Below, piece by piece: positions 1 to 12,222 of a DNA stretch of 64,000 nt. Within the stretch, counting starts at the first letter, position 1; every line of letters starts with the position of its first letter. The notes under the pieces were generated by a model that ran no database searches, was not told where the DNA came from, and saw only the letters and a program-made list of their open reading frames with translations. The translations under genes and the position numbers were made by a program. Source of the DNA: Mobula birostris (lineage: Eukaryota); the NCBI RefSeq assembly GCF_030028105.1, contig NC_092376.1, positions 125,858,230-125,922,229 on the forward strand. Direction: 5' to 3'.

Positions 1-295
1 TCTATATAGAATTTATCAAGGCTTTTAACAAGGGCTTTAATCCCTGGATGCATAAGATTTGGGGGTAACCTTATGGAGGTACATAAGATTACATGAGATT
101 TAAAAGGGGCAAAGGGTGGCGCTTACTTGGAATGAGCTGCCAGAAACAGTGGTAGAAACAGGCACATTGGCAATATTTAAAAGCTCTCTAGGTATGTACA
201 TGGATAGGAGAGATAAAGAGAGCTGTGGTCCAAATGTAGGCAACACAGCCAATGGATGAATTGTGCCAAAGAGCCTGTATGATTATGACTATTCT
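1..295 (+). mobile_element. Degenerate CR1 LINE 3' end
   Basis: Resembles the 3' ends of the younger CR1s in this window (TGGAATGAGCTGCCAGA..GTGGTAGA, 3' UTR, short repeat tail). Boundaries approximate. Confidence 0.7.
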
Positions 296-436
296 GTTGT
301 TATGTGCTTGTCACTGTATTTATTGTTGAATTTATTATTACCATTTATACTGTTTACTCTCTGAGTTTCACACAAGCAAGGAGTTTCATTGCGCCTTGAT
401 GTATATAACAACAAACTCAACTAAATCCAACTCTGA
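296..436 (+). mobile_element. Rex1/Babar-type 3' tail fragment
   Basis: AAGGAGTTTCATTGCGCCTTGATGTATATAACAACAAA plus a short repeat tail, similar to the Rex1-type tail at 29570-29630. Confidence 0.5.
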
Positions 437-1089
437 ATGTGAATCAGTATGAAATAGTGTTATAAATGTGGTTTGAATTCATCGGCACATTTGCATCAGC
501 AGGATGCACAGAACAGAAGTAAAAAAGCCATCCCGAGGTCTTTAAAAATAACCAAAGGACAAATTAAGTGTTAGAAATGTTAAGTGGCTGCTGAACAAGC
601 AGAGTGAGCACAGTGAGCTACAATATTCTCTGGAAAAGGCTGTTTTGTTGTGCCTTTTTATCACCAGTGATCTCAAATGCATTACACCAAGCAGTGAATG
701 AAGTGAAGCCATGGTAACAGAGGAAATCTACAACTCATGACCCTTAACATGCCAGAGATCCTTCAGTCCAGAGCCCACAAGGAGAACTATTTCACAGGGT
801 AAATTAACAGGTTAACTTCCTGCTCATTTTGACTTAATAAGCTACTAACTACCATTTATCCACACATTGCTTCCATTAGAGAGGAAAGGCACAAATCTGA
901 AATTGGATTTTTCTTGGTAGCAGAAGAAGTCATTTCAATCATCTTTCCTGCTGTGGGCTATGCGGCAGTTTAACGCAAGTACCACTGCTCTGATTCTTAG
1001 GAAGTGGAAATTTGGGGAGAGACTCAGGAGGTTACATACTGTGCATCTTATGCACAGTATATAAATCCATATAATGATATCTTGTTTGT

Positions 1090-2400
1090 TGGAGGTCAAT
1101 CGTCACAGACAACTGCAAGAATTCCTCAGGACAGTTATAACCATTCAACAGTCCTCTTCATAAGATCACTGGTGAGGATATTCACTGATGAACACACAAC
1201 ATTTTTTTCCATTCATAACATGTGATATAATGAAGCAGTCAACATCGGCAAGTTGCATGTCCTGGACAACATTCAGGCCAAGACTACAAACTTGCAATGA
1301 ATACCTCAGCTGGATGTTTGAGTATTAAGAATTAACATCTTCCCTTTGGATATTCAGTAACATTGTCATTGTTGAACCCCAATTATCAACTCCCTGAGGA
1401 TCAACAATGACTAAAAATTTAAATAGACCAGTGACACAAATACTATGCCAACAGGAGTACATTAAACATTGAGTATTCCATGATCATTGATTCACATCCT
1501 GCACAGCTTCCAAAAATGTTTCCACCAACTACAATTGCAAGTCAGAATTGCAATGCAATATGGAGACTCATGAGATTGCTGATACTGGAATCTGAAGCAA
1601 TTGGCTTCCCTCCCCACTCACCCACCACCCATTTATTCTTGGCTCCATCTTCCGCTCCTATCAAATTCTGCAGCCACTTCTCACTTCCACCTATCACCAA
1701 CCAGCTTCTGACACCATTCCCACTCTCCATCCTCCCTCCTCCCTCATCTTCCTGTCAACTCTACTCCCTACATTTACCTGCTAGCTCTTGCTCCACCCTT
1801 CCCTCCAATTGTTATACTTGCCTGCTAGTCTCCTCTAACCTGCAGTCCAGATGAACAGTTTTCACCCAAAGGATCAACTGCCCATTTCCATCCTTAGCTG
1901 CAGCTGACCCATTGAGTTTCTCCAGCACTTTATGTGTTGCAATGAATGTTTCCCACTTGTCTCAATGTGTGCAGATTCAAAAACACTCGAGGTTGACACC
2001 ATCCAGAGCAAAGCAGTTCAACTCATCAACACGCTTTCCATTGCGATAGATATTCCATTTCTTCACCTCTAGTGGTTTCCTGGCTGCACCATGTATCATC
2101 GACAAAATTACTAGACCAATTCACATGGTTTGTTTAATTAATTACCAATGAGAGTTTCCAACAAGAAGGGCAAAGGCAATAATGGTGAGGACATCACTAA
2201 CTGCAAACACTCAAAGTGACAGACCACCCTATCATCAACACTCAACCACAATTCTAGAATTCCCTTACAATAGATTAACCACTTCAACTACTGCTGTTTG
2301 TAAAGACTGTCCACCACTTCAGCTCAAGGAAAGTGGGGCTGGGTAATATGACTGAGCTTGCCAACAATATCCAGTTACAGAGTCTGATGTTCCACAGAGT
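1090..2400 (+). mobile_element. Ancient, highly decayed CR1/L2-group LINE (RT C-terminus and 3' end), interrupted by a Penelope insert
   Basis: Remnants such as CCTGGACAACATTCAGG, CCCAATTATCAAC..GAGGATCAACAATGAC and GACACCATCCAGAGCAAAGCAG. The same family lies on the minus strand at 46630-49600. Confidence 0.6.
1556..1936 (+). mobile_element. Penelope-like element (PLE) terminal fragment with a short inverted end
   Basis: Pyrimidine-rich PLE 3' region ending GAGTTTCTCCAGCACTTTATGTG. A short opposite-orientation end lies at about 1565-1600. Flanked by TTGCAATG at 1548-1555 and 1937-1944. Confidence 0.65.
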
Positions 2401-2802
2401 GCATAAAATAACCTTATGGTAGTGCTCACTTAAACCAGACACTGGGTTTGTCAAAGTATCTATAGGGCAAGCCAACTTCTCACCAATTGTAAATTATTTC
2501 AGATGGAAGATAGCAATATCAATAAATACACCTTACTCCACTAGTCCAGAAATGAAAAAGGCTATTTTGTTAACATTACAGGATCTCTTTGCCTGCTGAC
2601 TTGCCTGGAGGACCATGTCGTTATCTTTAATACTATCACCATAGCTATCAGGCATTTGATTTATCACAGGGGAAATAAGCCAACAAAACTGCAGGGCATT
2701 TCTGGGGAGAAGGAAACCAAACTGTGGTCTGTCATAGCACAAAAATAATGAAATGTTGTTCTGCTCTCTCAGACTTTTCTCACTGATAAACACAAAGAGA
2801 TG

Positions 2803-4370
2803 CAGGTTTCCCCTGCCATCCAAAGGTACAGCGTTCCTATGAAAGGGTTCGTAAGCCAAAATGTCGTAAAGCGAAGAAGCAATTACCATTTATTTATATG
2901 GGAAAATTTTGTGAGTGTTTGCAGACCCAAAAATAACCTACATAATCATGTCAAGTAACACATAAAACCTAAAATAACAGTAACATATGGTAAAAGCAGG
3001 AATGATATGATAAATACACAGTCTATATAAAGTAGAAGTACTTTTCCACAATCATTACTGCACTGCTCTCCGTAGCGAAAATCTCACACAAGCGCTCTTA
3101 GCAAAAACTCTCTCCAGTAACCTTTAAACTTTGAAGCTGCCAAATCATACCAAATAACACGTAAAAATTCACAGCCAATATAAAGTAGAAATAATGTATG
3201 TACAGTGTAGTATCACTTACCGGAATTGGGAAGACAGCGCCGAGCACACTGATGTTGGTGTGTTAGGCAGAGTCAGAGTTTGGGTGGTGCAGTGGCCCCC
3301 ACCCTCCAGGCCGCCGACCGATACATTGCTGCGAAGCACGCAGGGGTCCAGCAGTAGCCGGGAGGCACATAGCACATCTTTAAGAAAAAAGCCAAAATAA
3401 ACATGCCAATTAATTAGGTGCTGCCCGGCACGTAATTGTCGGCCTAGATCAGTGCCAATTGCCAATTGCATCACCTTTGATCTGGGCCAACATTTATGTG
3501 TGGGGCGGCACCTAATTAATTAGCATGTTTATTTCAGCTTTTTTCTTAAAGATGTGCTGTGTGCCTCCCGGCTACCGTTGCATTCTCCGCGAATCGGTAC
3601 AATATCTGTCCGTGGCCTGGGTGTTGGGGTGGTGGGACACTGGGGTGTCATCTCATCGTCTGTTTCCATTAGAGCAGGCAGCTCATCCTCTCCTATGACT
3701 GCTCGCCTCGATATCGAATGTTGAGGTTCGAAATCTGTTGAGGCTGATGTGGAAGGCTTGCTTGACTGCTGAGCCTTGCGCATTTTTCTATCATACTGTT
3801 CTTTGTAAGGATTCAAACCATCTTGCAAATATCCCCTAAACCTACGTACCCTTTCAAAATTAAAGTTGTACTTTATCATTGCAGCAAAAATCTCACGTAG
3901 TTGCTTCACTTGCACTACAGCATTTAGTTTTGATTGTTATTCTTTCCTCTTCCAATTGCATCAGCTCTTCATCTATCAGTTCTTGGTCATGAGATGCCAA
4001 AACCTCTTCAACATCATGGTTGTCAGCTTCCACAAGCCAAACTCACGTTGTCCTTACTTTGTTCACCACGATTGAAACGCTTAATTATGTCTAGTTTTAA
4101 GCTAAGTGTAACACCCTTACGAGCTCTTTTAGGCTTTTCCGATACCATAGAAATCATCTTGCAAATGGCTGCTCACAGGCACGTGCTTAAGCAATGCTGT
4201 TCTGAATCCGGGAAGAGCGGCTGCTCTGGGCGTGTGCTGCCTTTTATTGCGCTCTGCCTTTCTTCGTAACAGTGAAAACACCTTCTGAAAGCGAAAACAG
4301 GGTACTAATGTAGGTCTTTCGTAACAGTGAGATTTCGTAAAGCGAATGTTCGAAAAGCGGGGGACACCTG
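2803..4370 (-). mobile_element. Internally deleted Tigger/pogo (TcMar) DNA transposon
   Basis: Imperfect TIRs: CAGGTTTCCCCTGC at 2803 and GCGGGGGACACCTG ending 4370, followed by TA. Minus-strand remnants: CENP-B-type HTH start MVSEKPKRARKGVTLSLKLDIIKRFNRGE (ATG at 4148) and TIGD1-like C-terminal pieces DVEEVLASHDQELIDEELMQLEEE and NFERVRRF..LNPYKEQYDRK. The DDE core is absent. Confidence 0.85.
3354..3575. repeat. Long inverted repeat (two 98-bp arms, 26-bp spacer) inside the Tigger element
   Basis: 3354-3451 (GTAGCCGGGAGGCACATAGCACATCTTTAAGAAAAAAGC...GGCCTAGATCA) is the near reverse complement of 3478-3575. The ORF track shows SREAHSTSLRKK on both strands. Confidence 0.95.
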
Positions 4371-5139
4371 TAACTTAAATTTGCAAAGCTACCATTTTAA
4401 AGTGATGAATATCATATTCAGCATAACGTAACGTTGAATAATTAACCGTTTTAATAAAAATGTAAACTGAGTCCCATAGGAAAATCAGATGAACTGATAT
4501 TCTTCAGAGAAGGTCATGCTACCCCTTCTCACTTTGGCCTACATCTAACTCAAGCAGAAGTTGGCTTGCAAATGCCCTCTAAGAGGATTGTAGCAAAATG
4601 CTAGACTTAAACAAAAAAAAAATGATAAGCCAGATGTAAAAATAAACATCAATCTGGACGCCAAATTCCAACACAGCAAAGTCACCCTCAGCCTAGTCAA
4701 CGTGGAATAAACCTCCTCATAAATATCCAGAGCTGATATTTTAATCAGGACAGAGAGCTCAAAAAAGCTAGTCATCCAATAACCTGATTCAGTCCCATTA
4801 CTAACCTATTGCAACTCCACAAGATTAACCGAGCTCCAGGCCTGCTGTTTTGCATCCTGCGCTGCCAAATGCCTTCCTAACTATTTCCAAATGTCAAGAT
4901 GATCAAGGCATTCAAAACCAATTTAAAAGGATTGAACTAATTTAAAGTATTTTAAATTATTTTATAAGAAGAAAACATTTATGGAAAAGCACATTAACTG
5001 AATGTAGAGTAACACAGCAAGGAAACAGGCCCTTCAGGTTAACTCATCCAATTATTTTAAAATATTCCTATCAGTTAAAATAAGGTAAAATGAACTACTT
5101 TCAGGCACTTATATTTTCAATCCATTGAATTACATCTAG

Positions 5140-5382
5140 CTAAAGGAGGAAATAAGGAGAAAATGTTTTTCCCAGGGAGTAGTGAATTTGTGAATTTCTC
5201 TGCTCAGGGAACCATTAAATCTATTTAAAACACAGTTAGATTTTTGCACAGCAGGGGAATTAAGAGTTATAGAACAAAAGTACATAGATGGAGCTGAGTC
5301 CATATCCAGATCAGCCATGATCTTGTTGAACGTCAGAGCAGGATTGACAGGCCCATACCTACTCCTATTTCTTGTGTTCTTA
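5140..5382 (+). mobile_element. CR1 LINE 3' fragment
   Basis: TTTTCCCAGGGAGTAGTGAATTTGTGAATT..., GATCAGCCATGATCTTGTTGAA, CCTACTCCTATTTCTT tail. Confidence 0.75.
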
Positions 5383-6531
5383 TATAGAAGAAACATAGAA
5401 GCATAGAAAACGTATAGCACAATGCTGTGCTATACTATACTGTGTACTTACTTCAGAAATTACCTAGGGTTACCTATAGCCCTCTGTTTTTCTAAGCTCC
5501 ATGTACCTACCCAGGAGTCTCTTAAAAGACCCCATTGTATCCACCTCCACCAAAGTCACCAGCTGCTCATTCCACACACTCACCACTCGCTGTGTAAAAA
5601 ACTTATCTCTGACATCCCCTCTATACCTACTTCCAAGCACCTTAAAACTGTGCCCTCTCATATTAGCTATTTCAGCCCTGGGGAAAAGCCTCTGACTATC
5701 CACATGATCAATGCCTCTCATCATCTTATACACCTCTATCAGGTCCCCTCTTATCCTCCGTCACTCCAAAGAGAAAAGGCCAAGATCACTCATCCTATTC
5801 TCACAAGGCATGCTCCCCAATCCAGACAACAACCTTATAAATTTCCTCTGCACCCTTTCTATAGTTTCCACATACCTCCTGTAGTGAAGTGACCAGAACT
5901 GAGCACAGTACTCTAAGTGGGGTCTGACCAGGGTCCAATATAGCCATAACATTACCTCTCGGCTCTTGAACTCAATCCCATGGTTGATGAAGGCCAATGC
6001 ACCGTATGCCATCTTAACCATAGAGTCAACCTGCGCAGCTGCTTTGAGTGTACTATGGACTCAGACCCCAAGATCCTTCTGATCCTCTACACTGCAAGAG
6101 TCTTGCCATTAATACTATATTTTGCCATCGTATTTGACCTACCAAAATGAACCACCTCACACTTAACTGAGTTGAACTCCATCTGCCATTTCTCAGCCCA
6201 GTTTTGCATCCTATCAATGTCCCACTGTAACCTCTGACAGCCCTCCACACTATCCACAACACCCCCAACCTTTGTGTCATCAGCAAATTTACTAACCCAT
6301 CCCTCCATTTCCTCATCCAGGTCATTTATACAAATCACAAAGAGAAGGGATCCCAGAACAGATCCCTGAGGCACACCACTGGTTACCAACCTCCATGCAG
6401 AATATGGCCCGTCTACAACCACTCTTTGCCTTCTGTGGGCAAGCCAATTCTGGATCCACAAAGCAAGGTCCCCTTGGATCCCGTGCCTCCTTACTTTCTC
6501 AATAAGCCTTGCATGGGGTACCTTATCAAAT

Positions 6532-7050
6532 ACAAAATACTCTGCAGATGCTGGGGTCAAAGCAACACTCACAACACGCTGGAGGAACTCAGCAGGTCAG
6601 GCATCATCCGTGGAAAAGATCATTCAACATTTCCGGCCGGAACCCTTCGTCAGGACTGAAGAGGGAAGGGGCAGAGGCCCTATATAGAAGATGGGGGGAG
6701 GATGGGAAGGAGAAGGCTGGTAGGTTCCAGGTGAATAACCAGTAAGGGGAAAGATAAAGGGTTGGGGGAGGGGAAGCAGGGAGGTGATAGGCAGGGAAGG
6801 TGAAGAAGGAATAGGGGAAAACACAATGGGTAGTAGAAGGAGGCGGAACCATGAGGGAGGTGATAGGCAGCTGGGGGTGGGACCAGAGTGAAATAGGGAT
6901 AGGGGAAGGGAGGGGGAGGGAATTACCGGAAGTTGGAGAATTCAATGTTCATATCAAGGGGCTGGAGACTACCTAGACGGTATATGAGGTGTTGCTCCTC
7001 CAACCTGAATTTAGCCTCATCATGGTAGTAGAGGAGGCGATGTATGTTGG
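6532..7050 (-). mobile_element. Penelope-like element 3' fragment inserted in CR1
   Basis: GIY-YIG C-terminal peptide RLEEQHLIYRLGSLQPLDMNIEFSNFR and the PLE end (plus strand CTGCAGATGCTGG..CTGGAGGAACTCAGCAGGTCAGGCA). Confidence 0.9.
6621..6658 (-). ncRNA. Minimal type I hammerhead ribozyme motif in a Penelope end
   Basis: Minus strand reads CAGTC-CTGACGA-AGGGTTCCGGCCG-GAAA-TGTT-GAATG: CUGANGA box (6647-6653), short stem II, GAAA (6630-6633), GUU triplet and stem I with one mismatch. PLE-associated minimal hammerheads are established (Cervera and De la Pena 2014). Confidence 0.65.
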
Positions 7051-9769
7051 GACTCTCCAAATATTCATAAATCCTGCCTCTTAGGATCTGCTCCATTGAC
7101 TTACCAACCACTGAAGTAAGACTCATTGGTCTTTAATTTCCTGGCTATCTCTACTCCCTTTCTTGAATAAGGGAACAACATCTGCAACCCTCCAATCCTC
7201 CGGAACCTCTCCCGTCCCCATTGATGATGCAAAGATCATTTCCAGGGGCCCAGCAATCTCCTCCCTCACCTCCCACAGTAGCCTGGGGTATATCTCATCC
7301 AGTCCCAATGACTTATCTAACTTGAAGCTTTCCAAAAGCTCCAGCACATCCTCTTTCTTAATGTCTATATGCTCAAGCTTTTCAGTCTGCTGTACGTCAT
7401 CCCTACAATCACCACAGTCTTTTTCTGTAGTGAATACTGAAGCGAAGTATTCATTAACTACCTCTGCTATCTCCGCCGGTTCCATGCACACTTTTCCACT
7501 GTCACACTTGATTAGTCCTATTCTCTCATATTTTATCCTCTAGCTCTTCACATACTTGTAGAATGCCTTGGAGTTTTTCTTAATCTTGTCCACCAAGGCC
7601 TTCTCATGGTCCCTTCTTGGCTCTCCTAATTTCATTTTTAAGCTCCTTCCTGCTAGCCTTATAATTTTCTAGATCTCTATCATTACCTAGTTTTCTGTAA
7701 CTTTCGTAAGCTCTCCATTTCTTCTTGACTAGATTTACAATAGCCTTTGTACACCACGGTTCCTGTACCCTACCATCCTTTCCTTGTCTCATTGGAATGT
7801 ACCTATGCAGAGCTTCATGTAAATATCCCCTGAACATTTGCCACATTTCTTCCATATGTTCCCTTGAGAACATCTGTTTCCAATGTATGCTTCCAAGTTC
7901 CTGCCTGATAGCCCCATATTTCCCCTTACTCCAATTAAACGCTTTCTTAACATGTCTGTTCCTGTCCCTCTCCAAAGCTATGGTAAAGGAGATAGAATTG
8001 TGATCATTATCTCCAAACTGCTCTCCTCCTGAGAGATCTGACACCTGACCAGGTTCATTTCCCAATACCATATCAAATACAGCCTCTCCTCCTGTAAGCT
8101 TATCTTTGTATTATGTCAGGAAGCCTTCCTGAACACAACTAACAAACTCCATCCCATCTAAATGCCTTGCTCTGGGGAGATGCCAATCAATATTGGGGAA
8201 ATTAAAATCTCCCACCACGACAACCCTGCTATTATTGTATCTTTCCACAATCTGTCACCCTATCTGCTCCTCAATATCCCTGTTACTTTTGGGTGGTCTA
8301 TAAAAAACACAGAGTTACTGACCCCTTCCTGTTCCTAACTTCACCCACTGAGACTCCGTAGACAATCCCTCCATGACTTCCTTCTTTTCTGCAGCTGTGA
8401 CACTATCTCTGATCAACCGTGCCACACTCCCACCTCTTTTGCCTCTCTCCCTGTCCTTTCTGAAACATCCAAAGCCTTCACTCTAAGTTACCATTCCTGC
8501 CCCTGAGCTATCTAAGGCTCTGTAATAGCTGCAACATCATAGCTCCAAGTACTGATTCACGCTCTAAGCTCATCTGCTTTGTTCATGATACTCCTTGCAT
8601 TAAAATAGACACATCTCAAACCATCAGTCTGAGCACATCCCTTCTCAATCACCTGCCTATCCTCCCCCTCACACTGTGTACAAGCTTTCTTGATTTGTGA
8701 GCCAACCATCCCTTTTACAGTCTCTTCAGTTTGGTTCCCACCTCCCAGTAATTCTAGTTTAAGTTCTCCCCAATAACCTTAGCAAACTTCCCTGCCAGGA
8801 TATTGGTTCTCCTAGGATTCAAGTGCAACCCGTCCTTTTTGTACAAGTCACACCTGCCCCAAAAGAGGTCCCAATGATCCAGAAATCTGAATCCCTGCTC
8901 CTGCTCCAATCCCTCAGCCACGCATTTATCCTCCACCTCACTCTATTCCTATACTCACTGTCACATGGCACAGGCAGTAATCCCAAGATGACTACCTTAG
9001 AGGTCCTGCTTCTTAGGAACTTTTTTCCTAACTCCCTGTAGTCTGTTATCAGGACCTCCTCCCTTTTCCTACCTATGTCATTGGTACCAATATGTATCAC
9101 AACCTCTGGCTGTTCATCTTCCCACCTCAGGATATCATGGACACGATCAGAAATATCCTGGACCCTGGCACCTAGGAGGCAAACTACCATCCATGTTTCT
9201 TTCCTGCATCCACAGAATCGTCTGTCTGACCCCCTAACTATAGAGTCCCATATCACTGCCGCCACCCTCTTCCTATCCCTACCCTTCTGAGCCACAGAAC
9301 CAGACTCTGCCAGAGATGCGGCCCCTGTTGCTTCCTCCAGGGAGGTCTTCCCTCCCTACTGTACTCAAACAGGAGTACTTATTGTTAAGGGGGACAGTCA
9401 CAGGGGTACTCTCCAGTATCTGGCTCTTTCCCTTCCCTCTCCTAACTGTGACCCACTTATCTGTCTCCTGAGGCCCCGGTGTGACTACTTGCCTATAGCT
9501 CCTCTCTATCACCACCTCACTTTCCCAGACCAAAGGTTATCAAGCTGCATCTCCTGTTCCCTCACCCGCTCCCTAAGGAGCTGCAGCTTGACGCACCTGG
9601 CGCAGATGTGGCCATCTGGGAGTATCCTGGACTTCCCACATCCGACACCCAGTACAGAACACCGGCCTCACAGACATACTTCCTATTCCTATTCTTCACA
9701 TGTAACTTACCTCGCCTCGACTGGTTATCGCCAAAGCCCTCGTACTCTGACTCCCTCTACTTCCAATCA

Positions 9770-11133
9770 GCCACCACCATCCCTGTACCAAAGATGCCTT
9801 CAGAACTAAATGACCAGTAGCATTGACGCCAATCACCATGAAGTGCTTTCAGTGACACATATCAAAAACTCCATTGCTGCCACATTAGACACTCAACATT
9901 ATGCACCAGGCCCTGACACACCTCGAAAACAAGGACACTTACATCAGAATGCTGTTTCTGGATTTTAGTTCAGCATTCAGCACTCTTATCCCACAGACCT
10001 TGGTGAACAAACTCCTACTCCTTGGTGTAAGTACACCACTGTGTAGCTGGGTGTGGGACTTCGTAACTAACTGAACGCAGATAGTCAGGGTGCACAACCA
10101 CTCATCCCTCCCCATTATCTTCAACACAGGTGCCCTCCCAGGCTGTGTGTTGAGCCCATTGCTGAGCATTCTGCTCACACAGGACTACACAGCCAAACAC
10201 CCAAGTAATCACATTGTCAAGTTTGCCAATGACACAAAGTAGTAGGACTCATCACCAACAGCAATGAAATAGCCTATAGAAAGGAAATGGAAGAACTCAA
10301 GGCCTGGTGCCAGGCAAATAACCTCTTCCTCAATGTCAACAAGACAAAGGAGAAGGTTATTGACTTCAGGAGAACTTGCACCACTCACACCCCTCTTTAC
10401 AGCAGCAGCACACCAGTGGAAAATGCAAGCATTTTCAAACTCCCGGCAGTGCACATCTTGCACAACCTCTCATGATGTCAGGAGACATTCTACACAATGA
10501 GTAAAGCTCACCAAAGCTCGTTCTTCTGAAGAAGTTGAAGAAATCTGGACTATGCAATTCTATACATGTCATTCTGGATATGCACAGTAGATCCTAACAA
10601 GCTACATTACTGGATGGTACAGAAACTACACTGTAGCAAACAGGAAGGCTCTACAACAGGTAGACAAAACTGCCTAACACATTAACAGTACCAGCTTACG
10701 CACCATAAAGGACATATATGCAGTACGGTGCCAGAAAAGGGCTAGCAACATCACGAAGGATCTCACCCCATCAGGGATGTGGCTACGTAGTATCCATGTC
10801 AGGATCACCAAACTCAAAACCAGTTACCTTCACCAAGCAGTAGGGCTGATCAAACCTCACCACGCTTCCAACCACCACTACTTTATCATTTCCTGTTTGT
10901 CACTTTATGTACGGACACTCCTGTGCTTACATAAAATCAATCTATGTTTAAAGTTATCTTATGTATTTATATTTATTGTGTTTTATTATTACTGTATTTA
11001 TTATTATTATTGTGTTCTTCATCTTATTTTTTTTTGTGCTGCAGCAGATCCAGAATAACAATTGTTTCGTTCTCCTTTACATTTGTATACTGAAAATAAC
11101 ATTAAACAGTTTTAAATCTTGAATCTTGAATCT
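9770..11133 (+). mobile_element. Rex1/Babar LINE, 5'-truncated and decayed
   Basis: [58 protein letters not shown]; tail ATTAAA..(ATCTTGA)n. Confidence 0.9.
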
Positions 11134-12034
11134 AAACAGCAGGAGATTAAGAAATAATCCTGAAAACATTTCTTAGATTTTAACATACTTTACATCATAC
11201 AAACTTCAGCATGTCTAAAACACCAATTAGTTGCAGAACTGTAACCACAGAAAGAAGAAGTTTACCTCCAATCTATACTCACACATATGCCTCCGTACTT
11301 TATAATCAACAATTAACTTCAGTTAACATATTTTTAGCAATTCTATTTCAATAGCCTATCACATCACAAACTAAATTCCAACAAATTGGTACATGACTTC
11401 AAAGCAATTTAACTTATAATTCATTCAGCAAAGAAAATACTGAAGCAGAACTTCAGAACATGCAGGAAGTTAATAAGAATGAACTCTCCTCAAGTAAATG
11501 ATGTGGGGGCAAGAAATATGTTTTGCTGAGTGTAATTATTTGATTTAGTTGGAATTTTTTTTAGAACCAGTGATAACATCAGAGGAAAATTGAAATCTCA
11601 AACTTCACTTGTACTTCACTTGTATGCAGAAAAAAATCAAAACAATAACCAAGGTAAAATACTTCATTATAATAGCTAAAGGCAAAAGATTAGACAGGAC
11701 AAAAATGGATTCCCGGTACTTAGTGAACAACGTTTGTTCCTGGATGGTGCCTGCGCCAGGTATATGTGCAATATTGTTAACACAATGGGGAATGTGCACA
11801 GATTTCATTTGCCAGAAGTATATACAGGAGGTAGATCATATTGTCCATCAATATGGATCTCCAAGTCAACACCAGTGCTGCCTTTTCTGAATTTACTATT
11901 CCAGCAAACATCTTCTCATAGAAAAAAATAATCATTCAGCAGCAGGAAAGATTTCCACTAATAATGATGATGAAAAAGTTAGTCATAAATTAAAATACAA
12001 TAGGTACGGGATATATGAGACAAATATGAAATCA

Positions 12035-12222
12035 AGAATTTCTGGAAATACTCATCAAGTGGACAGCATCTGTGGAGAAAATAAATTATGTTGACTTTAA
12101 TAGTCAACGACTTTTCACCAGAACTGAGGAATTATAAAAATAAATTGTCTTAATGTGTATAGAAAGTGGAGAGGGGCAAAGTAAAATCTGTGATGACAGG
12201 ATTGATTAAATGATGAAATCAG
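12035..12222 (-). mobile_element. Decayed Penelope end fragment (probably continues at about 14100-14210 beyond the L2)
   Basis: CTGGAAATACTCATCAAGTGGACAGCATCTGTGGAGA resembles the PLE ends elsewhere in the window. Confidence 0.5.

Larger units (their letters stand above)
5383..9765 (-). mobile_element. Near-full-length CR1 LINE (ORF1 SGNH esterase plus ORF2 APE endonuclease/RT), disrupted
   Basis: ORF1 motifs IWDSIVRG, HIGTND, DGLHLN (8754-9533). ORF2 motifs FDKVPH, GVPQGSVLG, KFADDTK, LVRPHLEYC (5470-8600). (ATAGAA)-type tail at about 5383-5410. Many stops and frameshifts. Confidence 0.95.

Noticed and set aside
670-860. Possible highly decayed Deu-domain SINE
   Set aside because: The resemblance is too weak to support by eye and needs an HMM search.
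11785-11930. Possible minus-strand terminal exon (DVCWNSKFRKGSTGVDLEIHIDGQYDLPPVYTSGK*)
   Set aside because: There is no clean YAG acceptor after the T-tract, and the peptide is unrecognised.
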